A stretch of DNA of 64,000 nucleotides from NCBI GenBank assembly GCA_002269645.1, contig NIVC01001174.1:75087-139086 (forward strand). Reading direction: 5' to 3'. Under the pieces are notes generated by a model. It saw nothing but the letters and a program-made list of their open reading frames with translations. It did not search any database and was not told where the DNA came from. Origin of the DNA: Macrostomum lignano. Lineage: Eukaryota. Positions 13,200 through 23,076 of the stretch are shown here, piece by piece (position 1 is the stretch's first letter; each line of letters opens with the position of its first letter). A program made the translations under genes and the position numbers.

Positions 13200-13312
13200 T
13201 TCAAGCTTTTGCAGAAACTGATCGAATGGCACTACTTTCGTCCACGTCTTCAAACCGCTTTTCAGACTTCTGACTAACCGCTCAGCCTGTCCGTTCGATG
13301 CTCCGCTCAAGG
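13200..13312 (-). mobile_element. Short LTR-retrotransposon integrase core relic
   Basis: Minus-strand frame reads ASNGQAERLVRSLKSGLK...FDQFLQK, matching the SNGxAER motif around the catalytic Glu of retroelement integrases. No other element parts found. Confidence 0.55.
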
Positions 13313-13319
13313 TTTGTGT

Positions 13320-13440
13320 CTCTTCTCAGCTCTCTCTACCCTCTTCTCTCTTTTCTCTCCTCTCCTCTCCTCTCCTCTCCCCTCTCCACTCCTCTTATCT
13401 TCTCTCTACTCTTCTCTCTCCTCTATTCATTTTCCTTTCT
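13320..13440. repeat. CT-rich low-complexity tract
   Basis: Seen directly. Confidence 0.85.
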
Positions 13441-13530
13441 CAGCTGGCCCGCAGTAATGATCTAGATTCTTTCTGTGGCTCTTGCTGTAAACAGTTTGCT
13501 GACTTAGAGAGTCCAGTAGAGTCCGGTGGC

Positions 13531-14180
13531 GCCAAATGAGAGACATGACGCACCAAATGAGAGTCATGAGACACCAAATGAGAGTCATGAGACACCAAAT
13601 GAGAGTCATGAGACACCAAATGAGAGTCATGAGACACCAAATGAGAGTCATGAGACACCAAATGAGAGTCATGAGACACCAAATGAGAGTCATGAGACAC
13701 CAAATGAGAGTCATGAGACACCAAATGAGAGTCGTCATGGGACACCAAATGAGAGTCATGGGACACCAAATGAGAGTCATGAGACACCAAATGAGAGTCA
13801 TGAGACACCAAATGAGAGTCGTCATGGGACACCAAATGAGAGTCATGGGACACCAAATGAGAGTCATGAGACACCAAATGATCGAGAGTCATGAGACACC
13901 AAATGAGAGTCATGAGACACCAAATGATCGAGAGTCATGAGACACCAAATGAGAGTCATGAGACACCAACTGAGAGTCATGAGGCACCTAATGAGAGTCA
14001 TGAGACACCAAATGAGAGTCATGAGACACCAACTGAGAGTCATGAGGCACCTAATGAGAGTCATGAGACACCAACTGAGAGTCATGAGGCACCAAATGAG
14101 AGTCATGAGAAACCTAATGAGAGTCATGAGACACCAAATGAGAGTCATGAGACACCAAATGAGAGTCATGAGACACCAAA
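13531..14180. repeat. 21-bp minisatellite (GAGAGTCATGAGACACCAAAT)n with longer variant units
   Basis: About 30 tandem units seen directly; explains the overlapping repetitive ORFs. Confidence 0.97.
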
Positions 14181-14844
14181 GGAGAAAATCACAGCAAGTG
14201 AATTCCAATCGATGTCAACCAATTAAGGTAACAATTTTGGCTCAGCATTAGCCCCGCAAAAATCCCATTTTCAATCCGGGAATTGATGGGAAATCCACGG
14301 CGCTGATTATTCCCAAAGGGCTGGCAAGTGTTTTCCCCACCTCTCAGGCGAATAATAATTTATCCCCCAGGTCCGCTGAGTTGGGAAAGATTTCCCACCG
14401 GCTGGGTGGATGCCGCAAAGTGTCGAAGTTATAAAGTGTTCTGCTGCCTCTGATTTATTGCTCAAATAAAAACGCTTGATAGGGAGAGCATTTTTGCTTT
14501 CTTTGGCTCTCAGGGAAGTTTTTCTGGAGCAATTTATTGGGAAATATAAAGCATCGCACATTGGGTGGAAAATGACTCAGCCAATGATGCAGCCATAGGC
14601 CTTGGAGCAGATGCCTTGAGCATTGATAAATTTCATATCTAAGCATAGTTTAATAATTTAGTTCTGGTTTCAAACCTTAAAAGACTCTTTGTTCAACAAA
14701 GGCAATTTTTTATCAAGCTGAAATGCAGCAGGTTTTCGATGAGAAAAAATCAGCGTCTGGTCGAAGTTCGCGCGGTTTTGGATTTCTCAGCCAGCCACGA
14801 AAATCGAAAAGTTTCACGTCCGGCTTCAATGGCCGCGGCGGGGT

Positions 14845-15475
14845 GAGTGTTGGAGGCGCTTGTGTGTGTGTTGGGGGCGCCGTGTGTGTGTTGGGGGCGC
14901 CGTGTGTGTGTGTTGGGGGCGACGTCTGTGTGTGTTGGGGGCGCCGTGTGTGTGTTGGGGGCGACGTCTGTGTGTGTTGGGGGCGCCGTGTGTGTGTTGG
15001 GGGCGCCGTGTGTGTGTTGGGGGCGCCGTGTGTGTGTTGGGGGCGCCGTGTGTGTGTTGGGGGCGCCGTGTGTGTGTTGGGGGCGCCGTGTGTGTGTTGG
15101 GGGCGCCGTGTGTGTGTTGGGGGCGCCGTGTGTGTGTTGGGGGCGCCGTGTGTGTGTTGGGGGCGCCGTGTGTGTGTTGGGGGCGACATCTGTGTGTGTG
15201 TGTTGGGGGCGACGTCTGTGTGTGTGTTGGGGGCGACATCTGTGTGTGTGTGTTGGGGGCGCCGTGTGTGTGTTTTGGGGGCGCCGTGTTTGTGTTGGGG
15301 GCGCCGTGTGTGTGTTGTGGGCGCCGTGTGTGTGTTGGGGGCGCCGTATGTGTGTTAGTGGCGCCGTAAGTGTTAATGGCGCCGTCTGTTTGTTGGGGGC
15401 GCCGTGTGTGTGTTGGGGGCGCTGTATGTGTGTTAGTGGCGCCGTAAGTGTTAATGGCGCCGTCTGTGTGTTGGG
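14845..15475. repeat. 18-20-bp minisatellite (TGTGTGTTGGGGGCGCCG)n
   Basis: Tandem copies with a variable TG run, seen directly. Confidence 0.95.
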
Positions 15476-15479
15476 GGCG

Positions 15480-15745
15480 GTTTTGGTGTTGGGCGCCATT
15501 TAGAGTGTTGGGGCGCCATTTAGAGTGTTGGGGGGCGGTTTTGGTGTTGGGCGCCATTTAGAGTGTTGGGGCGCCATTTAAAGTCCCTGGGGCGCCATTT
15601 AGAGTATTGGGGCGCCATTTAGAGTGTTGGGGTGCCATTTAGAGTGCTGGGCGCCATTTAAAGTGCTGGGCGCCATTTAGAGAGTTGGGGCGCCATTTAG
15701 AGTATTGGGGCGCCATTTAAAGTATTTGGGGTGCCATTTAGAGAG
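15480..15745. repeat. 19-20-bp minisatellite (GGGCGCCATTTAGAGTGTTG)n
   Basis: Tandem copies seen directly; shares the GGCGCC core with the preceding array. Confidence 0.93.
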
Positions 15746-16212
15746 TTAGTTTGCGGTCCAGTATGCTTATTTCTCTGTCGCTCAGACTATCCAGCGAGTA
15801 TATACTCAAATATCAAAGTGCAGTGCAGTGCAAGGAAACTCAAGCAAATGGGAAAAAGGCAGAGTTGCAGGATTTATGCGGCAAACTGGGAAGAAAGTGT
15901 TGCTCCCAAAACAGACTCATCAGTCAGCTGGTATGGAGTCCCGAAAGAGATTCGTGTTTTTTCTCTCCTAGAAATTGGGAATAACATTCTGGTTGCTGTA
16001 GACAGAATTAATTGGGAGATGCTTTTTGCCTGCTTGACTTTGCTTGCGGTTTTTCGTCTTGACTGCCACTTTTTTGTGCGGATCGGCCAGACAAACACTG
16101 AGAGAGTGTTGTGTAAGTGTGACAGCCACTGCTCACTTGCTCAGGACATCATTCGCTTGACTGTTAAAGCTAAGAGTAATTTATGGATATCTTCAGCACA
16201 GGAATCCATGGG

Positions 16213-16540
16213 AGATGAGGATCTCACTCCCTAATCTATCAGAGATTAGGATCTCACTCTCTAATCTATCAGAGAGTAGGGTCTCACTCCCTAATCTATC
16301 AGAGAGTAGGGTCTCACTCTCTAATCTATCAGAGATTAGGATCTCACTCTCTAATCTATCAGAGAGTAGGATCTCACTCCCTAATCTATCAGAGAGTAGG
16401 GTCTCACTCTCTAATCTATCAGAGAGTAGGATCTCACTCCCTAATCTATCAGAGAGTAGGGTCTCACTCTAATCTATTAGAGATTAGGATCTCACTCCCT
16501 AATCTATCAGAGATTAGGATCTCACTTTCTAATCGATGAG
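16213..16540. repeat. 30-bp minisatellite (GGATCTCACTCCCTAATCTATCAGAGATTA)n
   Basis: About 10 units seen directly. Confidence 0.95.
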
Positions 16541-16637
16541 AGATGAATGAAGATTTCATTCCATGAGAGATAGGTAAGATTTCACTACCTAATCCATGAG
16601 ATGTTCCGAAATCTCAGCCGTCCAATTCTCTCCGCAG

Positions 16638-19600
16638 CTGGCGGGCCATTTCGAGGGCATCAACCAGCTGGACAGACTTCGCTCACGGGCAATCGATAAA
16701 ATGCTGGTGGCCGATCAAGAGGCCAAGAAGCGAGAGGTGCAGCTGCTGATAATTGGTGAGTCGGGAGAGGCAGGAGACTCAGATGACAAAACTGCCTGAC
16801 CTTCTGCTGCAAGGCGAATCCCAGGGCTTTAAACAGGTTTTCACAGTTAACCCCCACCTGAAGGGGAGCTGAAAATCAGCTTTGTAATTGTCTGTTTATC
16901 TGTGTACTAACCGCGGCCAACTCCGCTTAACTTGACAGGAAAAGTTCAATTAGCGTAATTTCAAAATAGGATGCGTTAAACTCGATGCGTCCCCTTATTC
17001 TGTTTGAAAGATTGTCAAATTTAATAAAAAAGTTCCTTTTTTCAAGAGATCTGAGGCGCAGTAGTCGTCTTTTGAGTCTACAGAAAGACTTTGCCAAAGA
17101 AAATTATTGTTAAAAGAACTGACACGGAATGTAGAAAGATTTTCGTGCTTAAAAATGTAATGATCTTTTTACATTCGTAGGCCGCAGCCTCGTGACCCGC
17201 GAATTCTTTATTGCACTCCGTGCCCCGCCGCAATGACCGCACGCAGGGACCGCCGAGGTTGAGTTAAAAAAAAAACTCTACAAATAAAAAAGCTGAACTG
17301 GCTACGCACGAAGTGAGCGGGGTTCAGAGGGGAAGAATTGGTAAAGTCATTCCTGTCTGACGTTTTTGTCCTCTTTCTCATAGACTGATTGCACAGGTCC
17401 TAGTTCCAATGATTGATAAAATTTCGACAGTCCCAGGCAGATAAAAGTTAAGGACAGAGACCAGGTTCTGATGATGGACCAGACGTCAATTAAAGTCGAA
17501 TATTAAAATGTCTCTAAAAGTGGCTCTGTAGACTCCGTAGGGGTAGAGCAGCTCAGTAGGGGTGGACTCAGGGTTGGAGTCCGGTCCCTGGATCGATTCC
17601 GTGCGCGAAAATTTGCCAGGAGGTTGTCGTCTGACGCACCATCATGAGGGCCAACCCCAAGGCACAGGGAGTGCACATACGTGAAAATTAGAACTCAGGG
17701 CCGCTGCACACCCTGTATGAGCGTGTGTATCTTCGCGGCCTAAAGTTCTTCGCGGTTAAGTAACAACTAACAGGACGCAAACGTGTCAGAAACTTCAACC
17801 GATCTGTACGCGTTTTTGTCCGGCTTGACTTTTTGTTGTGGTTTTGTAATTGCGTCGACAAATGGGGACTCTTACTGTTCATAAAGCCTGTGAAAACAAT
17901 GCTGGCACGAAGCACACTCAAAATCACTGGTTTCTAAGCCAATCTACCCCCGAGTCTCTTCACTCATCTCTCTCAACAGGCGGCACGGGCAGCGGCAAAA
18001 GCACGCTGGTCCGACAGATGCGGATCCACCACGGCGACGCGTTTCCGGACGAGAAGCGGCGGCGACTGGCCGACAGAGTGCTGGAGAACCTGGCCGACGG
18101 AGTGCAGATTGTCCTGGAGAATATGCGGTCCAGGGACTGCTGGTTCAAGGACGAATATGTCAGGGTACAAACTGTGCACGTTGCAGTCAAGCCTATGTCC
18201 ACATGCTTTCAGTAGCTATGCAATAATTCAATTAATAATTAACGATCAAGTTTCATTTTCAAAGCGAAGGCTTAAGGGGCTTAAAAGGACAGATAAAGGA
18301 GGCGAGGGGAATACCCGTATCTCCTGGTTGAAAACTACGTGTCTTTTTGTAGAAGCAGACATAAGCTTAGGGCAATACTAAAAAAATTGAAACAGATTAT
18401 AGAGAGAAAACCATCCCTTCTCTCCGAGTTGATTGAAAAATGCTCGGCATCAGAAATTGATGAATGTCATAAAATGCTTGATTAATGCTAATTCGTGTCA
18501 GTGAATACGTTACAGAAGTTACAGGTCTCTTAGTATGCAGCCAATTGTATTCCTATAAGTTTTCGATCTTAGTCTAAAACTGCTTTCCTAATGAGAAGAC
18601 TAAAGCAATAATCTTGATGCCCTGTGCCGCCCTGTGCCGAATCTCCTGTTACCATTGCACACAAGTTCGAGTAATTCACTAGTAGATTAACTGCTACATG
18701 CATTTGACACTCGCACAATAGTTGTTTGCTATGAATTGCTGGTCTAATTACTCAAAAGGATTATTCTCACTCGTTCCCATCCAGGACATGGCTGCGGAGT
18801 TCCTGGCGCACTGCCCCCGCTTCAACCGCTGCATCTTCCGGGTGCCGAACCGACTTGAAAACATCGCCGACAGCATCCATTATGCCCGCGTCGAATTCGC
18901 CGACGCTGGCATCGAGGACGAGAAAGATGAAGACTCCGACAGCGAGGAGCAGTTGGAAGCCGATCATAACGATGATAGCGGAAACTGCCAGCGTAGACGT
19001 CGACAGCATCGTCGCGGACTTTGCCAGCTTGTTGAGGCGGAAGAGATTGATGACCCCGACGGTGGACCAGGCCGTATGAAAGGTTCCGAGTCACCTTCGT
19101 TGATCTTCTACTACGATTTGCAGGTCAAGGAACCTTTAGATAATGCTGGTGCTACCGATAGCGTCGAAAACCCGTCATTGACAACCAGCAACTCGCTGAA
19201 CTCCCGCTCCTTGGCGCCCAGTTACGTCAGTACGCTCGACTTTGCGTCATTGCGTCGAAAGCTGGACGCTTTGGCGGCGGAAAAAACGCCACGGAAGGCG
19301 CGGGTGGGCCGCGGCACGGACGGCACTACCGTGGCGAAGTACTTCGTGCGTCATCTGAAGAACATCACGGCGCAACCGGAGTTCGAGGAATGTCTTCTTG
19401 ACGCTGAATATTTTAGACCAGAAATCACCTATGCTGAGATTTAGTAAGTGTTGCTGTCTTTTTTTATCGAAATTGCGCCAGATAAACTGTGTAGTTTTGA
19501 ACTTCTGAGGCTCTTACGAGCGAAACTTTGGTGCTCGTTGGTCAAACGACCAAACTGTGATGATCATTAGTCAAACTTTGATGCTGTTAATCAAGTTTTA

Positions 19601-21043
19601 AACGTCGCCTGTAAAGCTTTGAGTCTGTGGGGTAGATAAAAAAACAATTTTCTTTTAAAAAATAATTATGAGTAATAGCTTTGATATCTATTAACCTTCC
19701 TATTGCGATACACATTAATTCGATTTCTTCTTCAGTTTCATTCGTCACGTGGACCGGCTAATCCAAGAGGATTATACGCCCAGCCTGCAGGACATCCTAG
19801 CCATACGACGGCCGAATCACGCCGTAAAGGAGGCGAGCTTTTCAATTAGCGGTTGCTCGTTTAGGTAAGCCAATTTAAGAGAAGTTCAGGTTGTTCCCGA
19901 AAATTCTAACCCTTACCATATTAGCATATATTTCAATTCTTCTCAATGTTCTTCAATGTTTCCTATCGGCGTGATAGGAAAACATCTTTTCCAATGTTTG
20001 AAAAGATAGGAAAGCCGATCGCTCTTTGCAAACTTTACGAAATATTCAGAATCATCGACTTGGCCGATTACCGACGCCAGCGCTGTCGCTGGCTGCACTA
20101 CTTCGAAGACGTCAGCGCGGTGCTGTTCGTGGCGTCGCTGACCGGCTTCTCCGAGCTGATTGAGGACGGCGATAGAATCGTGAGTCAAATCGTCTTGTGA
20201 CAGAAAATTTATCTAAAATGTTCGTCTAAATTACCTTTTTTATTCTTTCCAGACCGTAAAAATGACCGAATGCCTAAGGCTATTCGGCGAAGTGGCTAGT
20301 AGCAAGCACCTGTGGAAGAAGGACCTATTTCTGTTTCTAAATAAGTTGGATCTGTTCGAGAAGGCGCTGCAGAAGAAGAGCATTGCTGGCCTATTTCCCG
20401 ATTATCGAGGTCAGAAAATGAGCAGATTTTATTTTGAAACATATTACTCTTGTTTGTGGGAAATAAATTCTGTAGGCTCCAACTGTAGGATATTTTGCAA
20501 TTCTCACTGAGAAACATGATGTGCGGATGTACCGAGCTTCAGTTATAAATGATACAAAAGTTACGTGAAATGGTTGCAATTTCAGTAGAAAGTAAGAAAA
20601 GGACGTTGAGGTGTTGGTTCGAAGGAGGCATTTTGCAGCTGACACAAATCAAGGTGGCAGTGAACCCACAGCCACCGAGGAAGACATGCAGTTGTGCGTA
20701 CCACAACTCTCCCATCGTCATCCATGTACATGCAGGCTCTGTCTTGTAGGTTGACTTGACTACGTGTCCGGGATCCGGTACGTCAACCTGTATTTCAGTC
20801 CATTTTATCTGTAGCTCTGCATAATCCCCAACTTCTCATCCAGGCCGCGACGATGTGTCAGAGAGCAGTCAATTCATCAAGGAAAAGTTCCTCAGCCTGC
20901 TGCCAAAGAATCTACCCAAGTCGAAGCGTGTATTCGCCCACGTAGTGAGCGCTATCGACATCGAGGGCATGCGAAAAATTTTCGGCGAGGTGCTTCGCAA
21001 ACTTGCCGAGGCCAATTTGAAAAGGAGCCTGCACGTGTTCTGA
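16638..21043 (+). CDS. Atypical heterotrimeric G-protein alpha subunit; exons 16638-16755, 17980-18164, 18785-19443, 19736-19864, 20050-20179, 20253-20409, 20844-21043 (525 aa); tentative upstream exons 14829-14842 and 15786-15930
   Basis: All six junctions are GT-AG and phase-consistent. Product aligns to G-alpha: RSRAIDKML..REVQLLIIG-GTGSGKST..QMRIHHG, YFIRHVDRL...DYTPSLQDIL, RWLHYFEDVSAVLF, LFLNKLDLF, FPDY, HVVSAID. Confidence 0.88.
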
Positions 21044-23076
21044 CTAAGACACCAACGTCTTTAGTGGTTTAGTGTCAGTGACATTCAATGTAAATTAATT
21101 CATGTAAAGAGACCAACCCAAAAGCTCGTAAAATCAAGTATACCATGTCCATTTATACTTGATTTACTGATTGATGGTATCGTTTATGTCGATCACGGCT
21201 TACTTTCATGGCTTACTGCTACAGTCTTCACTGCAGTTAAAGCTTCTTTACTGGACTTTTTCAGTTTACACTGGCTATCGGTCAAAGAGAAAATTCTTTC
21301 TCACCTTGGTCAATGCAACATCTCTGACTGAAAAACTTTCCAAAGAAATCCTAAGCGAGGAAAAGTGTGCCAGTTGTAGCAGGGCCAGCCTTGAGTCTCT
21401 CCGGCTCCTTTTGTCCTTTGGCGCTTTTTCTCTCCCCGTTCTCATGCAGTCACGCAACATTTTCTCCTATGGACTCTGGCGAACGTCAGTCTCTTTACGC
21501 TCCATCTCGAGGGCAGCCTTTCCGCCATTTGAATGCGACGGCATTCTGTCGCAGATGCCGAGTGTTATTGAGGCTGGCTCTGAGTGAGGGTAATATTAGT
21601 GAGAGTAAAATTGTGCAAGCCTGAGCATGAGACGAGAAGTGACTAAGTAAATGGTGTTAGTTGTGAATTCAACTTGGCGATCATTTGGATACTTATGCCA
21701 GTCACTATATTCTTGTAGATAAAAATTTTTTAATGCGCTTCTAGACGTCAGGTGTAAAATTATTCTAAAGTTTTACCCCAGTAGTCCGAAAAAATGATGC
21801 TAAAAAACATACAAATCAACCTACTTTTAGTAGTAAAGAGGCCCCTGAACGGATCGGCGGCTAAGAATTTGAAACACGGAGAGCGAGAATCACGAGAACT
21901 TACAATAATGAATGTTTTTAGGCTGGTTCGCAACACCGTTTAAGTATTCTTTCGTCTGAAAAACTTACTCACAGTTTTATTGTGTGTCAAAGAGTGTCAG
22001 CTTTCTAAGAAGTCAATATTTAATGTTTGTTTAGAAATCGTAAGATGTTAAGAATTTAATGTCACGAATAAAAAATGAACGCTAACTCTACATTTTAACA
22101 AAATTAATTATGTTGGGACCAAAAGACCAAATAAAATACCAAATACCAAAAGACGCATGCAAATAAGTAGATGAAAAATCATGCAAAGGCTAAATAGGAT
22201 GCAAAATGAGTTTCTTTGTGCAATATCAAACTTTTTTTGACAGAGTACATCAAATATTCGAACCCACGCCTATTAAATAAGTATATATGATTTGAATGTT
22301 TCCAGAAAAACTGAAATAAATAAATTTCTAGCCGCCCAAACGAGCTTCAAAAGTGTTTGAGACACGAAAAAGTTTCAGAAAAAAAAGTCATTTAGAAAAA
22401 CAGTAAGACTAAAAAAGCAAAACAGCAACAACTCTGAAACAATCAAAAAGCACGCCTTTATTGTAAGATTGACCATTCTCGCCATGTTTAACTAAATTTA
22501 ATGACTTCTACTGGTTCTATCGAGCTGATTGGTTTTAGAGCTCCTTGAAGTGACAGTTTACTGTTGAAGTACTTAACGATTGTGATTGACGAGGGTAGCC
22601 AACTTAGCTAACTTGTAACCAATTGTTTTACAAAACCTTAATGTGCATAACATACTGCTTAAGATAATAGCAGTAGTTAGTGCGCGTCAAAGATTAACGA
22701 AGGCAAAGGTGGTAAAAGAAACAATTAAGTTGTGACAATTATGAAAATTAAGTTGCAAATTTACTCATCACACATAATAATCCAGTATTGATCCAACGGT
22801 TGGCACTCACTGACTCTTAACCAAGTAACTGAACTGCAATAATTTCTGTAAGTTACACTCGTACGCACATCTAATGAGTTCTAGAATTTTTTCTTATTGT
22901 GATATTTAAATTCATTCAAACCGTTTGGCTTCTGCACCTGGAAGCAAACAAAATTACTAAATATTCGTCTTTAAAATGAAAACCTTAAATACTACTAAAA
23001 TCTGAGGAAATTTGCATCCAAAATAAATAAAAACGGTCAGTGCAAAACCACTTAAAATGATGAACACCGACTTCTC

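Noticed and set aside
13200-13540. Plus-strand exon pair around the CT tract (donor about 13312, acceptor 13443)
   Set aside because: Only a short peptide antisense to an integrase relic; may be UTR or noise and cannot be supported.
13427-15557. Many overlapping repetitive ORFs (ESHETPN, MTLIWCL, APNTHT, CVCWGRR)
   Set aside because: Stop-free frames of 21-bp and 18-20-bp minisatellites, open on both strands.
15848-15930. MGKRQS as a myristoylated first exon of the G-alpha
   Set aside because: Its donor would be phase 2, incompatible with the phase-0 acceptor at 16638; a different frame of the same exon fits.
16215-16472. 85-aa ORF with leucine-rich-looking SLPNLSE repeats
   Set aside because: Translation of a 30-bp intronic minisatellite.
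16906-17760. Possible TTAA-flanked piggyBac-like element with an internal tRNA-like SINE head (about 17540-17610)
   Set aside because: Terminal match is only about 5-8 bp, the left target reads CTAA, and A/B boxes are degenerate; insufficient support.
21171-21624. Short ORFs on both strands downstream of the G-alpha
   Set aside because: No recognisable motifs, and all minus-strand exon frames tested contain stops.
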